Made by a program: the position numbers and the translations under genes. 64,000 bases of DNA from positions 92,864 to 156,863 of the forward strand of contig CACHRR010000002.1 in the NCBI GenBank assembly GCA_902582355.1, read 5' to 3'. Positions 1 through 11,233 of this stretch are shown here, in pieces; the first letter of the stretch is position 1, and each line of letters starts with the position of its first letter. This DNA comes from an uncultured SAR86 cluster bacterium. GTDB taxonomy: Bacteria; Pseudomonadota; Gammaproteobacteria; Magnimaribacterales; D2472. The notes beneath the pieces were generated by a model. That model was not told where the DNA came from, made no database searches, and saw only the letters and a list, made by a program, of their open reading frames with translations.

Positions 1-351
1 GTTATACAAGCTGATGGCGGTACAAGAACAGCATCAATAACTGGGGGTTGTGTAGCACTTTTTCTAGCAATAAAAAATCATCATGATGATCAACGTGCAA
101 TTGAATCCTTCATTGCAGCAATATCTTTAGGTATTAAAGACAGTCAAATTTTACTTGATCTGGATTATGACGAAGATAGTACTTCGGATACTGACCTTAA
201 TATTGTTATGAACGATAAGGATGAGTTAATTGAAATTCAAGGAACTGCTGAGGGCGCTCCTTTTTCAAAGAGGGAACTTAATGATATGCTTGAAATGGGA
301 AGCGCAGCTATAGCTGATATTATTAAAAAACAAAAAGCTTGTATTGAATAA
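1..351 (+). CDS. rph: Ribonuclease PH, C-terminal part (5' end lies outside the window)
   Basis: Frame +1 is open from base 1 to TAA at 349-351. The translation VIQADGGTRTASITGG...GTAEGAPFS matches the conserved C-terminal half of RNase PH, and rph-pyrE adjacency is as in E. coli. It is absent from the ORF track because no start codon lies in the window. Confidence 0.85.
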   Translation, partial: VIQADGGTRTASITGGCVALFLAIKNHHDDQRAIESFIAAISLGIKDSQILLDLDYDEDSTSDTDLNIVMNDKDELIEIQGTAEGAPFSKRELNDMLEMGSAAIADIIKKQKACIE

Positions 352-990
352 GTGAAAGATTATCAAAAGTCATTTTTAAATTTAGCAATAAAATCTCAAG
401 CACTTCAATTTGGAGAATTTACACTGAAATCAGGTCGTCAAAGTCCATATTTTTTCAACGCTGCGAATATGCTGAATGGTTCAAATTTATATCAGCTTGC
501 AAAATGTTACGTTGATGCTATAACTGATAATGATATAGATTTTGACTGTATATATGGTCCAGCATACAAAGGCATATTTCTTGGATCTATGGTAGCTACA
601 GTTTTTAGTGAACAAGGTAAAAATTATCCTATAAGTTTTAATAGAAAAGAAGAAAAGGATCATGGTGAAGGTGGAACAATTATTGGCGCTAGTCCAAATG
701 GAAAAGTATTAATTATTGATGATGTATTATCAGCTGGTACAGCCGGAAGAGAGTCAATAAATTTGATCATCAATCATAAGGCTTCTCCATGTAGCTTTAT
801 TGTTGGTCTAGACAGACAAGAGAAAGGAGTATCTGATAAGTCAGCCAGTCAAGAATTAAAAAATGAATTTAATATTGATGTCACATCAATTGTAAATCTT
901 GAATTATTGGTTGCATATGTAAAAGATAATTCTTCGCTTACAAATCATTTTGAGAGTTTAAATAACTATAGAAAAACTTGGGGTGTATAA
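352..990 (+). CDS. pyrE: Orotate phosphoribosyltransferase
   Basis: 212 aa. The GTG start directly abuts the rph stop. PRPP-binding loop VLIIDDVLSAGTA and N-terminal FGEFTLKSGRQSPYFFN are typical of OPRTase. Confidence 0.9.
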   Translation: MKDYQKSFLNLAIKSQALQFGEFTLKSGRQSPYFFNAANMLNGSNLYQLAKCYVDAITDNDIDFDCIYGPAYKGIFLGSMVATVFSEQGKNYPISFNRKEEKDHGEGGTIIGASPNGKVLIIDDVLSAGTAGRESINLIINHKASPCSFIVGLDRQEKGVSDKSASQELKNEFNIDVTSIVNLELLVAYVKDNSSLTNHFESLNNYRKTWGV

Positions 991-1605
991 ATGTTTTCAG
1001 GAATTGTCCAGGGAAAAGGAAAAATATTAAAAATAGTTTCGAAGAAGAATCATATCAGTTTAGAGATTTCAGCTCCAAAAAATTTTAATAAAAGGCTTAA
1101 AAAAGGTGCAAGTATATCTGTAAATGGTGTTTGCTTAACATCTTTGGATGATGGCGAGAAAAGTCTTAAGTTTGATGTAATAAATGAGACATTGTCAAAA
1201 ACGAATATTAGTAAAGCTTCAAAAGGATCAATAGTAAATTTAGAAAGATCAATTACAGCGTCAACTGAAATTGGTGGTCATCTAATGTCAGGCCATATTC
1301 ACTTTGCTGGTAAAGTTGAAAAGGTTTTGACAAAGAATACCAATAAAGATGTACAAATTAAATTTCCTAAAAAATATAAAGAATATATTTTTGAAAAAGG
1401 TTACATTGGCGTCAATGGTTGTAGTTTGACATTGGGAAAAATAAATAATAATTCTTTCTTTGTTCATCTAATACCTGAAACATTGTCAGTTACTAATCTA
1501 AATACTCTTAAAAAAGGTTCTCAAGTAAATATCGAGATTGATCAAAATACAATTGCAATTGTTGAGACAGTAAAAAATTCCTTAGCTGCCCAAGAATCTA
1601 GATAG
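991..1605 (+). CDS. ribE: Riboflavin synthase (alpha chain)
   Basis: 204 aa with an MFSGIVQG N-terminus and two internal lumazine-binding repeats (VNGVCLT, VNGCSLT). The ATG directly follows the pyrE stop. Confidence 0.85.
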   Translation: MFSGIVQGKGKILKIVSKKNHISLEISAPKNFNKRLKKGASISVNGVCLTSLDDGEKSLKFDVINETLSKTNISKASKGSIVNLERSITASTEIGGHLMSGHIHFAGKVEKVLTKNTNKDVQIKFPKKYKEYIFEKGYIGVNGCSLTLGKINNNSFFVHLIPETLSVTNLNTLKKGSQVNIEIDQNTIAIVETVKNSLAAQESR

Positions 1606-2487
1606 GATTGCCATTCTTACTGAAACACCATTTGCAACTTGTTGTCTAATAACAGAATTATCTGAATCGTATACAGCCTCTGTGATCTCGATATAATTAA
1701 CCGGCCCAGGATGCATGATTATGGCATCGCCTTTAGCATTTTCAAGTTTTTCTAATGAAAGCTGATATTGTGATTTGTATGTATCTAGATCTAAATTAAG
1801 CTCTTTATCAAATCTCTCATGCTGGATTCTTAAAGTCATTATGACATCAGCATTCTCAAGTGCCTTATCAAGATTGGGCTCATATCTACCAATTTCTGAA
1901 TTTTGATACTTTGTACACATTTCAGGATGACCAGAAAATATTAATGATCCTATATCAAAATTTGTTAGCCCTTCAACAAAAGATGAAGTAACTCTTGAAT
2001 GATCTAAATCACCAACAATAACAATATTTAATCCATCAACAGATTTTTTATGATCCATTATTGTCTTTATATCTAAGAGAGCTTGAGTTGGATGAGATAT
2101 TGATCCTTCTCCAGCATTAACAAAAACCATTCTTGGAAGAAAGTCTGCAAGTTCTCTAATAATGGATTCAGGATGTCTTAAAACACAAAGATCTACACCC
2201 ATAAGATTTAAAGCATCAATTGTTTCAAAAATTGTTTCCCCTTTTTGAACAGACGAATTATCTACATCAAAGTCAATAACAGAACATCCTAAGTTACTTG
2301 CAGCTATTGCAAAAGATGACTTTGTTCTTGTGCTAGGTTCACAAAAAACATTTGCAATAATTTTGTCTGGAAATAAATTTTCTTTTCTAAAATTGCCATC
2401 TTCATCAATAAAATTATCTGCAAACTTAATTAGATCAAGAATCTCTTTTTTAGATAAGTCATTGATAGATAAAAGATTACTTGCCAT
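1582..2487 (-). CDS. pyrB: Aspartate carbamoyltransferase catalytic subunit
   Basis: 301 aa with STRTKSSF and HPTQALLD carbamoyl-phosphate/aspartate site motifs. No pyrI is adjacent. Confidence 0.9.
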   Translation of the reverse strand: MASNLLSINDLSKKEILDLIKFADNFIDEDGNFRKENLFPDKIIANVFCEPSTRTKSSFAIAASNLGCSVIDFDVDNSSVQKGETIFETIDALNLMGVDLCVLRHPESIIRELADFLPRMVFVNAGEGSISHPTQALLDIKTIMDHKKSVDGLNIVIVGDLDHSRVTSSFVEGLTNFDIGSLIFSGHPEMCTKYQNSEIGRYEPNLDKALENADVIMTLRIQHERFDKELNLDLDTYKSQYQLSLEKLENAKGDAIIMHPGPVNYIEITEAVYDSDNSVIRQQVANGVSVRMAILSRFLGS

Positions 2488-2866
2488 TTATTAACACTAT
2501 TGCCTCTATTTCTATATTAACTCCAAGCGGTAATCCTGATACTTCCACCGTCGCTCTGGCAGGATACGGCTCAGCAAAATATTCTTTCATTACCTCATTT
2601 ACAGTTGCAAAATTTCCTAAGTCAGTAAGAAAGATTGAGATCTTAACAATATCGTCAAGACTATATCCTGCAGCTTTGCAAATACTCTTTATATTGTTTA
2701 AAACTTGTTTTGCTTGATCTTCAATAGATTCCGAAACTAAATCTCCTGTCTTAGGGTCTAAAGGGATTTGACCAGAGATAAACATAAAATTTCCAGCTTT
2801 TACAGCTTGTGAATATGGTCCAATTGCTTTGGGGGCATTTTCTGTCGAAATAATTTCTTTTTTCAT
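2477..2866 (-). CDS. ridA: RidA/YjgF-family reactive-intermediate deaminase
   Basis: The track ORF runs 2477..2950 (157 aa). An internal ATG at 2866-2864 is preceded by AGGAG and gives about 129 aa starting [21 protein letters not shown], the usual RidA length. The longer form would overlap spoT. Confidence 0.8.
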   Translation of the reverse strand: MKKEIISTENAPKAIGPYSQAVKAGNFMFISGQIPLDPKTGDLVSESIEDQAKQVLNNIKSICKAAGYSLDDIVKISIFLTDLGNFATVNEVMKEYFAEPYPARATVEVSGLPLGVNIEIEAIVLINGK

Positions 2867-2939
2867 TTCAATCGGCTCCTGTGAAAAAATTAAAATTGAT
2901 GCTATTGAAATTGTACATAAAAAAGTTGCTCTTATTTTA

Positions 2940-5123
2940 CTATTTATCATTAATATTTCTTTTGCAGCTAGTTGTAAATTTCATAGATCTTACTTTTTGC
3001 ATAATGCTTTTAAGTTCATCTCTATTTCTTACTTCAATCTGAATTTCAAATCCTGCAAATTTTTTGTCGATTGTTCTTGTATTTACATACCCAATATTCA
3101 TTCCAGAACGCGCAAATACTGAACCCAGATCAGATAAAACTCCAACTTTATCTTCTGTATAGACCTCTAATTTAACTTTATATAAATGATCTTTTTTATT
3201 TTCACCCCATATTGCAGGAATATATCTTGGATCTTTATTTAGAAAAGGTTTTACTTGTTTGCATTTATCATGATGCAATACGATTCCTTTATCTGTATCG
3301 GAATGTGCAACAACGTTATCTCCATAAATAGGTTGGCAACATTTTGCAAACCTCACGGTTACACTTTCAATTTTGTTATCATGAATTAAAACTGGTTTCT
3401 GCTCCTTGATTCCCTCTCTTATCTGCAGTCCTGAGTAAAACCTCTCAGCAACAATGCTCCCTGTTCTCTTACCCAATCCAAGGTCAGTAAGAAGTTTATT
3501 TAATGAAGAAACACCTAGGGAGTCTAGAATTTTTTTAAGTGCTCCACCCCTGTATTCTGATAGATTTGAGCCTGTTCTTTTTAACTCAGTTTCTAACATA
3601 ACCTTGCCAGCTTTTCTTGCATCAGAGATCTTTTGTTTCTTTAATCTCGCCCTTATATAACTTCGTGCTTTGCTTGTTACAACATAATTCAACCAATCTG
3701 GATCTGCTTCTGATTCAGTTTTAGATGTAATTATTTCAACAGTCTGACCTGTTTCTAATTCAATATTTAGAGGAGCTATACTTCTATTTACTTTACATCC
3801 AACTATTGAGTCTCCAAGATCGCTATGCACCTCATAAGCAAAATCAATTGGGGTGGAGCCTTTTCTTAAAGCATAAATCTCGCCCTTTGGTGAAAACAAA
3901 TAAACTTCATTTGAATCTAAATCAGTTTTAATTGATTCAGCAAATTCTCTTGGACTATCAGATTTTTTTTGAAGATCAACTAAACTACTTAGCCATCTAG
4001 TTGCTCTGAGCTCTGAACCTTTATTTTTATCATTAGTTTTATATTGCCAATGAGCCGCTATTCCAAAGCTTGCAATCTCAGACATATTTCTTGTTTGAAT
4101 TTGTACTTCAATTGGAAAAGCATTTAATGCTAGCAGACTAGTATGTAGTGCTTGGTATCCATTACTTTTTGGAATAGCTATGTAGTCTTTAAATCTATTT
4201 TCAATTGGTGAAAAATAATTATGAATAATTCCTAGAGTTCTGTAACAATCATCAATTGAATCAACAAGAATTCTGAAACCATAAACATCTAATATTTCTG
4301 AAAAAGGCTTATGCTTTGATTTTATTTTTTTATAAATACTATATACATTTTTTTCCCTACCTTTCACAGCTACATCTAGAATACCATTTGATTTTAGTTT
4401 TCGTTTTAGCTCCTTACGAATCTTTGAAACAATTCTTTTTCTTCCCCCGCTTGATTTACTAATAGCGTTATCAAGCATTGATGCTCTCAAAGGATGTATG
4501 CATCGAAAAGCGAGATCTTCTAATTCAGCACGAATATCTTGCATGCCTATTCTGAGAGCAAGAGGTCCATATAATTCGATTGTTTCTTTTGATTTTTGTA
4601 TTTGCTTAGATCTTGGGAGATGTGCGATTGTTCTCATGTTATGAAGACGATCACATATTTTAACCAAAACTACCCTTACATCCTTTGAAATAGCCAACAT
4701 CATTTTTTGAAGATTATTTGCATCCCTCTCTGATCTATTAGCAATATCGAGTTTTGTTAATTTGCTTACTCCGTCAACAATTTCAGAGACATCTTTCCCA
4801 AATAATTTTTTTATATAATTCTTATTAATATCAGAATCTTCAAGAACGTCATGCATTAATGAGGCACATATCGAATCAGGATCCATTTTTAAATCTAAAA
4901 GAATGGTTGATACTGAAAGTGGATGTGTTATGTATTCTGAACCATCTCTTCTTTTTTGTCCTTCATGAGCGTAAAAAGCTAATGAATAAGCTTTTTGAAT
5001 TTTTTTTAATTCATTTTTATTTAGGTAACTTGAAGCTGTTTTTTTGAATTTAGCAGGAAGTTTTACTAAGTTATTGTCAGAAATGTCACCATTTAAAATG
5101 CCAGGGAGAGCATGATCACTCAC
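2940..5123 (-). CDS. spoT: Bifunctional (p)ppGpp synthetase/hydrolase
   Basis: 727 aa with HD-domain motif HDVLEDS, RelA/SpoT synthetase region (YGFRILV, GYQALHT), a TGS-like middle and an ACT-like C-terminus. The rpoZ-spoT order is conserved. Confidence 0.9.
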   Translation of the reverse strand: MSDHALPGILNGDISDNNLVKLPAKFKKTASSYLNKNELKKIQKAYSLAFYAHEGQKRRDGSEYITHPLSVSTILLDLKMDPDSICASLMHDVLEDSDINKNYIKKLFGKDVSEIVDGVSKLTKLDIANRSERDANNLQKMMLAISKDVRVVLVKICDRLHNMRTIAHLPRSKQIQKSKETIELYGPLALRIGMQDIRAELEDLAFRCIHPLRASMLDNAISKSSGGRKRIVSKIRKELKRKLKSNGILDVAVKGREKNVYSIYKKIKSKHKPFSEILDVYGFRILVDSIDDCYRTLGIIHNYFSPIENRFKDYIAIPKSNGYQALHTSLLALNAFPIEVQIQTRNMSEIASFGIAAHWQYKTNDKNKGSELRATRWLSSLVDLQKKSDSPREFAESIKTDLDSNEVYLFSPKGEIYALRKGSTPIDFAYEVHSDLGDSIVGCKVNRSIAPLNIELETGQTVEIITSKTESEADPDWLNYVVTSKARSYIRARLKKQKISDARKAGKVMLETELKRTGSNLSEYRGGALKKILDSLGVSSLNKLLTDLGLGKRTGSIVAERFYSGLQIREGIKEQKPVLIHDNKIESVTVRFAKCCQPIYGDNVVAHSDTDKGIVLHHDKCKQVKPFLNKDPRYIPAIWGENKKDHLYKVKLEVYTEDKVGVLSDLGSVFARSGMNIGYVNTRTIDKKFAGFEIQIEVRNRDELKSIMQKVRSMKFTTSCKRNINDK

Positions 5124-5142
5124 AATATCCCCCTATTATCAT

Positions 5143-5412
5143 TTATCTTATTTTATCGTCCTCAGAACTTATCGGAACAGAGAACTCATCAAGTAAGAGA
5201 TCTTCCTCTAATGTTTTTTCTAGAGTTTCGATATCAAGAAGTCCTTCCTCAATCTCTCTTAGTGCTACCAAAGTAGGTTTATCATTGTCCCATTCAACAA
5301 GAGGTTCTCTACTAGTTGTTGAAAGCTGTCTAGCTCTTTTTGAAGCCATGAGTATTAAATCAAATCTGCTAGGGATCTTTTCTAAACAATCTTCTACTGT
5401 AATTCTTGCCAT
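5143..5412 (-). CDS. rpoZ: DNA-directed RNA polymerase omega subunit
   Basis: 89 aa with an [11 protein letters not shown]-terminus. It lies between gmk and spoT. Confidence 0.9.
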   Translation of the reverse strand: MARITVEDCLEKIPSRFDLILMASKRARQLSTTSREPLVEWDNDKPTLVALREIEEGLLDIETLEKTLEEDLLLDEFSVPISSEDDKIR

Positions 5413-5455
5413 TTGTTATTCTCCTGGGATGAGTATTCTAATTCCAATTATCTGA

Positions 5456-6076
5456 TTAATCCAATAAATCTTTTAATATTTTTTTATTAATGGCTTCATT
5501 ATATTCATAATCTTTTGCAAGGATAATTGAAGTAATCTCATCAAAAGCTCTTTTAAAATCATCATTCAGAACAATGTAATCAAAAGATTTAGCATATTTT
5601 AGTTCTTTTTTTGCATTAATTAATCTTTTTTCAATCACTTCCTCTGTATCAAGCCCTCTTGATAATAATCTTTTTCTTAGTTCATTTAAGGATGGTGGAA
5701 TTATAAAAATAGAAATAATATTTTCAAATGAATCTACAATTTGATCATAACCCTGCACATCAATATCTAAAACAACTCTTATATTATTTTTAAGTTTCTC
5801 TTCAACAAATGTCTTTAAAGTCCCGTATTGGTAACCATGAACTTCGGCGGTTTCAAAAAAGGCATCTTTACCAATCAAATCGTTAAATTCATTGTCAGTT
5901 ATAAAAAAATAATCTTTGCCATGTATTTCTCCTTCTCTTGGGGATCTTGTGGTGGCAGAAACTGATAGTTCAATTTTGTCATTGTTACTAATAACTTCCT
6001 TTATTAAGGTCGACTTTCCAGCACCTGAAGGTGCTGCAAAAACAATTAATTGTCCTTTTTTTAAATTATTCAACAT
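5456..6076 (-). CDS. gmk: Guanylate kinase
   Basis: 206 aa with P-loop AAPSGAGKST and guanylate-kinase-like core. Confidence 0.9.
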   Translation of the reverse strand: MLNNLKKGQLIVFAAPSGAGKSTLIKEVISNNDKIELSVSATTRSPREGEIHGKDYFFITDNEFNDLIGKDAFFETAEVHGYQYGTLKTFVEEKLKNNIRVVLDIDVQGYDQIVDSFENIISIFIIPPSLNELRKRLLSRGLDTEEVIEKRLINAKKELKYAKSFDYIVLNDDFKRAFDEITSIILAKDYEYNEAINKKILKDLLD

Positions 6077-6914
6077 TCTGAGTTTGTTCTCTCATCTCCT
6101 CTATCAATAGCTTCATATCAAGTGCTAAGTTTTTTAATTTTGAATCATCTAATTTTACAGATAAAGTATTTGACTCTCTAAAAAGCTCTTGAAGAACAAA
6201 ATCTATTTTTTTTCCACTTGAAATTTTCTTTGAAAGTTCCTCCTTAATAGTATCAATATGAAAGATTATTCTATCTAATTCTTCAGAAACGTCACACTTT
6301 AATGCTAACAGAGCTATCTCTTGATCTAATCTGTTTTTATCAAAGTCATCAATAAGTGTTTTTATCTTATTTTTGTATAAATTAATTTTATTTTTGAGAG
6401 TTTTTTTCTCAGAGCTTTTTATACTTTTAGTAATTATTTCTATTCTCTTAATTTTTTTTAAGAATATATTTTCAATCTTGCTTCCTTCTTTTTCTCTTGA
6501 ATCAATGAATAATTTCAATGCAATTTTAAAGTTATCTTTTATAAGTTTTTTATTTATGTTTTGAGATTTTTCTATATTAAAGATTCCTTGAACATCTTTA
6601 AAATCTGAGAATTTTAATTCAACTTTATCTTTCAAAACTTCTTTTAAGGATTTTTCAAGATTTTTGAATAATTCTTTATTAATACTATATTTAGTTTTTG
6701 AAGATAACTTTGATTTTATTTTTACTTCAACCTTGCCCCTAACTATTTTCTTATATATAGCTCCTTTTATGAAATCTTCTAAATCACTATCTAAATTAAC
6801 AGATTGAATTGATAGCTCTAAAAATCTATGGTTAACACTTCTGATTTCAATTGAGACATTAGATGCTTTATTAAAAGATTCAGATAAACCAAATCCGGTC
6901 ATGCTTTTTATCAT
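6066..6914 (-). CDS. yicC: YicC-family stress-induced protein
   Basis: 282 aa with an MIKSMTGFG N-terminus and a helical C-terminal half. It lies upstream of gmk, as in many Proteobacteria. Confidence 0.8.
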   Translation of the reverse strand: MIKSMTGFGLSESFNKASNVSIEIRSVNHRFLELSIQSVNLDSDLEDFIKGAIYKKIVRGKVEVKIKSKLSSKTKYSINKELFKNLEKSLKEVLKDKVELKFSDFKDVQGIFNIEKSQNINKKLIKDNFKIALKLFIDSREKEGSKIENIFLKKIKRIEIITKSIKSSEKKTLKNKINLYKNKIKTLIDDFDKNRLDQEIALLALKCDVSEELDRIIFHIDTIKEELSKKISSGKKIDFVLQELFRESNTLSVKLDDSKLKNLALDMKLLIEEMREQTQNVE

Positions 6915-6946
6915 TTAAATATTGTATTTTGCAAAAGGATTGAGTT

Positions 6947-7621
6947 CTAGTCGAAATCGTTAAAAATAAATCCCAACTTCTTCAGTTTTGAGTTTGAAAT
7001 ATTTCCAAGTCCATCATTTCTGTCTTCAGAACAATTAAAGATTTGATGTGTCTCTGATTTAAAATCATTTTTTATAAAAAATCTTATAATGCAGGCAGCA
7101 TTATCTCTGTGTAAATAATTAATTGATTTCCTATCAGCTAAAGAGTCATAAAGGCCTGAGAATCTTAAAATTATAAGTTTATTGCCGTAGTTTTTTACTT
7201 GATTCTGTTCATAATTAATTAAGCTTTTGCATCTAAAATCATCTTTTTCTAAAGGATGAGATTCATTATAAATTCCACTCTTATCTGTTCCATAAACCCT
7301 TGTTGATGAAATGGTTATAAACTTTTTATATGACAGCTCTTTACATAATCTAAACACATTATCAGATGAATGAATAAAGCCCTCGTCATATCCAATTGCA
7401 TCAAATGAACTTGGCTTTGGTATAAAAACTATTGAATCATATTCTTTATGCTCTAATTTTGGAATCTTCTTTGATAACCAATCCCACTTAATATAAATTT
7501 TAAGATCTGATCTGAAATTGCCTCTTGAAATTGGATAAAACTGATATTTATCATTTTTCATTTGAAGGCATAGTCTTTCACCTATATCACCAAAACCAAT
7601 TATTAGAATATTTTTTTTCAT
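6947..7621 (-). CDS. NAD(P)-binding Rossmann-fold protein (SDR/epimerase-like)
   Basis: The internal start MKKNILIIGFGDIGERL gives a GxGxxG Rossmann N-terminus. The track start at 7660 adds 13 non-conserved-looking residues. The specific function is not recognisable. Confidence 0.55.
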   Translation of the reverse strand: MKKNILIIGFGDIGERLCLQMKNDKYQFYPISRGNFRSDLKIYIKWDWLSKKIPKLEHKEYDSIVFIPKPSSFDAIGYDEGFIHSSDNVFRLCKELSYKKFITISSTRVYGTDKSGIYNESHPLEKDDFRCKSLINYEQNQVKNYGNKLIILRFSGLYDSLADRKSINYLHRDNAACIIRFFIKNDFKSETHQIFNCSEDRNDGLGNISNSKLKKLGFIFNDFD

Positions 7622-7647
7622 TAAATAACTACATTTTTGGAATAAAA

Positions 7648-7667
7648 TCCAGGTTTGCAATTCTGGA
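7648..7667 (-). terminator. Candidate intrinsic terminator downstream of hppA
   Basis: The minus strand reads TCCAGaattgcaaacCTGGA followed by TTTTATT, 21 nt after the hppA stop. The stem is only 5 bp. Confidence 0.3.
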
Positions 7668-7687
7668 GATCATTACTTTAAGAAATG

Positions 7688-9670
7688 TTATATGCTTAAT
7701 AATGGTGCTATCACAAGACTAACAATAGCCATAACATTAATTAAAATGTTCATGGATGGGCCAGAGGTATCTTTGAAAGGATCTCCAACAGTATCTCCTA
7801 CAACGGCAGCAGCGTGAGTATCTGATCCCTTACCACCCAAATTACCCTTTTCAACGAATTTTTTTGCGTTATCCCAGGCGCCACCAGCATTTGCCATCAT
7901 TAAAGCTAGAGATACACAGCCTAGTAATCCACCAGCAAGCATTCCTCCTAGAGCCTGAGCACCAAGGCCAAAGCCTACTATAGCTGGCATAGATACCGCA
8001 ATTATTCCAGGTAACATCATTTTCTTTAAAGCAGCCTTTGTGGCAATCTCAACACATTTCTCAGAATCAGGCTCGGCTGTGCCTTCCATCAGTCCTGATA
8101 TCTCCTTAAATTGTCTTCTTATTTCATTTATCATCTCAAATGCTGCATCACCTACTGCAGTCATAGTTATTGAAGAAACTAGAAATGGTATACAAACTCC
8201 AATAAACATTCCTACTAAAACAATTGGTTCAGTAAGCGCTAATGAAAATTCAGGATTTTCGTTCGCTACTACAGCTGAAAAAGCTGAAATTATTGCAAGA
8301 GCAGCAAGTGCTGCTGCTCCAATTGCAAAACCTTTTCCAATTGCAGCAGTAGTATTTCCTAATTCATCAAGAGAATCAGTAATTTCTCTAACTTCGTCAC
8401 CCATACCTGACATTTCAGCTATACCTCCTGCATTATCTGCAACCGGTCCATAAGCATCTATTGCCATTGTTATTCCAACAGTTGCAAGCATGCCAACGGC
8501 TGCAATTCCAACACCATAAATTCCTGATAATTTAGTTGAGGCAAGAATAATCGCAGCTAAAATAATAATAGGAATTACTACTGACTGCATTCCAACTGAT
8601 AGTCCTGAAATCATTACTGTTGCAGAACCAGTCTCTCCTGATTCTGCAATTTTTTTAACTGGGTTTCCACCTGTGTAGTATTCTGTGATGAGTCCAATTA
8701 ATACTCCGCCAACTGCTCCAGAGATAACACACCACCACACACTTATACCAACTCCATTAAAAGAATCGATTATGAAATAAGCAATAGTAACAAATATTAC
8801 TGGCGCAAAAAAAGTTCCAGATCTCAATGCGCTAGCAGGTTCTTTTGCTGATTGAAGCTTAACTATAAATATTCCAATTATTGATGCCACCAAGCCTGTT
8901 GATGCTAAGGCGAGTGGAAGCATCATCATATCTTTGTTACCTATAGTGTAAGCTATAGCAATTGACGCGATCATAGAACCACAATATGACTCGAATATAT
9001 CTGAACCCATTCCAGCTACGTCACCAACATTATCACCTACATTATCTGCAATAACGCCTGGATTTCTTGGATCATCCTCAGGAATACCAGCTTCAATCTT
9101 GCCAACAAGATCAGCTCCAACATCTGCACTTTTTGTGAAAATTCCTCCACCCACTCTGGAAAAAAGAGCCACAACAGATGCGCCCATAGCAAAACCTTCA
9201 AGCTTATGGGGATCAATTTCTGCAGGTATATAAAAATAGTATAATCCTCCTAAGCCTATTAAACCTAATGAAGCAACACATAAGCCCATTATTGAGCCTC
9301 CATAAAAAGAAACAGTTAAGGCTGCTGCAGGACCATTTTTTTGAGCTGCAGTCGCTGTTCTAACATTCGCTTTAGTTGCAGCATACATTCCTATAAACCC
9401 TGCAATTGATGAACATAAAGCACCAACAACTACTGCTATTGCTGTGTATTGACCTAAAGCAAACCATGCCAAACCAACTATTACAGTCATAAAAATAAAT
9501 AAATATTTATATTCAGTTTTCATAAAGGTTAATGCTCCAGTATGAATCTGATCACCAATCTTCTTTACTTTATCCTCACCATCAGGATATTTCATGACAA
9601 GTCTATAAACGATATACGCCATTGCCATACCAAAAATACCTAAACCTGGTGAAATAATTAAATTATCCAT
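7688..9670 (-). CDS. hppA: Membrane-integral ion-pumping pyrophosphatase (K+-dependent type)
   Basis: 660 aa and polytopic. Motifs: [57 protein letters not shown]. Confidence 0.9.
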   Translation of the reverse strand: MDNLIISPGLGIFGMAMAYIVYRLVMKYPDGEDKVKKIGDQIHTGALTFMKTEYKYLFIFMTVIVGLAWFALGQYTAIAVVVGALCSSIAGFIGMYAATKANVRTATAAQKNGPAAALTVSFYGGSIMGLCVASLGLIGLGGLYYFYIPAEIDPHKLEGFAMGASVVALFSRVGGGIFTKSADVGADLVGKIEAGIPEDDPRNPGVIADNVGDNVGDVAGMGSDIFESYCGSMIASIAIAYTIGNKDMMMLPLALASTGLVASIIGIFIVKLQSAKEPASALRSGTFFAPVIFVTIAYFIIDSFNGVGISVWWCVISGAVGGVLIGLITEYYTGGNPVKKIAESGETGSATVMISGLSVGMQSVVIPIIILAAIILASTKLSGIYGVGIAAVGMLATVGITMAIDAYGPVADNAGGIAEMSGMGDEVREITDSLDELGNTTAAIGKGFAIGAAALAALAIISAFSAVVANENPEFSLALTEPIVLVGMFIGVCIPFLVSSITMTAVGDAAFEMINEIRRQFKEISGLMEGTAEPDSEKCVEIATKAALKKMMLPGIIAVSMPAIVGFGLGAQALGGMLAGGLLGCVSLALMMANAGGAWDNAKKFVEKGNLGGKGSDTHAAAVVGDTVGDPFKDTSGPSMNILINVMAIVSLVIAPLLSI

Positions 9671-9736
9671 ACAGAAACCCCTTATTTTTAATAAAGCATT
9701 CTAGCAAATTATTTATAAGAAAACGTATATTTTATT

Positions 9737-10993
9737 CTATTTGTAAAATACTTCTTTGTTTAAAAGATTTTCAGAATTTCCTACAATGCAAGCTATAGCT
9801 GAATCACCGATAACATTTACTGAAGTTCTGATCATATCTAAAATTCTATCAACAGCTAAAATCAATCCTATAGCGTCCAGCGGAAGTCCTAAAGAACTTA
9901 AAATTAGCGCTAAAGTAATTGTTCCTGCAGATGGAACTGCAGCTGCACCAATAGAGGCAACCATAGCAAGCAATACAATTTGCATATATTCAATCATAGA
10001 TAGATCAACTCCAGCAGTGCTTGCAATGAACATAGTAGCTAATCCTTGCATTATGGCTGTCCCATCCATATTTATAGTAGCGCCAACTGGAACAACAAAA
10101 GAAGATACATCTTTTTTTACACCAAGATCGTCAGTAACTGTTTTTAATGTTACTGGAATGGTAGCTGCACTTGAAGATGTTGAAAATGCAAACAAAGCAA
10201 CATTTCTCATTTTTTTAAAGAATATTATTGGATTTAAGTTCGCAAATATTTTTAAAATTATTGAATAAGTAAAAATAAGATGAAAAAACAAAACAAAAAT
10301 CAATATAAGAACATATTGAATTAAGTCTCCAAAGATATTTAACCCGTGATCCATTACATAGCTTCCCATTAAACAGAAAACTCCAATGGGTGCAAAGCTC
10401 ATTATAATTAAAACTATTTTCATGAAAACGATATTTAATTTTTCAAAATTTTTTGAAAGCTTGTCTGTCAAATCGTCTGTTAGATTAAGAGCGATGCCAA
10501 ATAGAATGCTAATAAACACAATACCAAGCATGTTATTTTCAACAAATGCACCAAAAATATTATTAGGGAAAACTCTTAGCACTGTGTCATATAAACTTGT
10601 CTCTCCCGAAGGTGCATTGAAAGATCCTACTTCACCTTCATAGCCAGAAATATTAAAAACCCATCCAAAAAATATGGCAATGATTACAGCAAATGCAGTT
10701 GTCATTAAGTAGAGCATAATTGTTTTAGATGCAATTGATCCAAGCTTTACCATGTTTGACAAAGATGAAATACCAGAAACTAAAGAAAAAAATACTAAAG
10801 GAACCACAATCAATAAAAGCAGATTTTTAAATATTTGTCCTCCTAAATTAAAAAGATATTTTTCAATGCCATTAAAAACTGTTTGAGGTAATAGTTCTTG
10901 AAAATAAAAAAATATGAATGCTGAAAATACGCCTGCAAACATTCCCAACAAAACATTTTTAGTAAGATTTTTTGGAGGATCTAATTGACTCAT
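9737..10993 (-). CDS. Dicarboxylate/amino acid:cation symporter (DAACS/SDF family)
   Basis: 418 aa and polytopic, with family motifs SSSAATIP, MFIAS and VDRILDMIRT. The substrate is not assignable from sequence. Confidence 0.8.
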   Translation of the reverse strand: MSQLDPPKNLTKNVLLGMFAGVFSAFIFFYFQELLPQTVFNGIEKYLFNLGGQIFKNLLLLIVVPLVFFSLVSGISSLSNMVKLGSIASKTIMLYLMTTAFAVIIAIFFGWVFNISGYEGEVGSFNAPSGETSLYDTVLRVFPNNIFGAFVENNMLGIVFISILFGIALNLTDDLTDKLSKNFEKLNIVFMKIVLIIMSFAPIGVFCLMGSYVMDHGLNIFGDLIQYVLILIFVLFFHLIFTYSIILKIFANLNPIIFFKKMRNVALFAFSTSSSAATIPVTLKTVTDDLGVKKDVSSFVVPVGATINMDGTAIMQGLATMFIASTAGVDLSMIEYMQIVLLAMVASIGAAAVPSAGTITLALILSSLGLPLDAIGLILAVDRILDMIRTSVNVIGDSAIACIVGNSENLLNKEVFYK

Positions 10994-11163
10994 GATATTT
11001 CTATCATATCAAAATCTTCTTTGCCAACACCACACTCAGGACACAACCAATCCTCTGGAACATCCTCCCACGCTGTTCCAGGTTCAATTCCATCATCAGG
11101 CCAACCTAGTTCTTCATCATATATTAGTCCACAGACAATACATTCCCATTTTTTAAATTTCAT
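10990..11163 (-). CDS. rubA: Rubredoxin (57 aa, missing from ORF track)
   Basis: Manual translation of the minus strand gives MKFKKWECIVCGLIYDEELGWPDDGIEPGTAWEDVPEDWLCPECGVGKEDFDMIEIS, with two CxxCG knuckles and conserved W/PGT/DW residues. Its TGA overlaps the symporter ATG (ATGA). Confidence 0.85.
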   Translation of the reverse strand: MKFKKWECIVCGLIYDEELGWPDDGIEPGTAWEDVPEDWLCPECGVGKEDFDMIEIS

Positions 11164-11233
11164 AAAGTATCTAAAATTAAATTATTTCGTCTATTGCAAG
11201 GAGGCTATAATATCAGATTTAAGCATTAAATTA

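Noticed and set aside
2867-2950. Apparent N-terminal signal-peptide extension of RidA ([28 protein letters not shown]).
   Set aside because: An internal ATG with an AGGAG SD gives the canonical RidA length, and the extension would overlap the spoT 3' end. A secreted RidA is not supported.
8040-8453. Long antisense ORFs inside conserved genes: 8040..8453, 9756..10268, 33115..33438, 49839..50222, 54574..55086, 21004..21249 and others.
   Set aside because: Each lies fully inside and opposite a gene with clear family motifs. Their translations are low-complexity (Ser/Ile/Pro-rich) and have no recognisable domains or SDs. They are typical shadow ORFs of GC-richer coding regions.
10985-11233. N-terminal 83 residues of track ORF 10985..11725 (MTHDISIISKSSLPTPHSGHNQSSG...).
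   Set aside because: This Ser/Pro-rich low-complexity stretch is the antisense shadow of the rubredoxin gene. A UbiC-length protein starts at ATG 11234.
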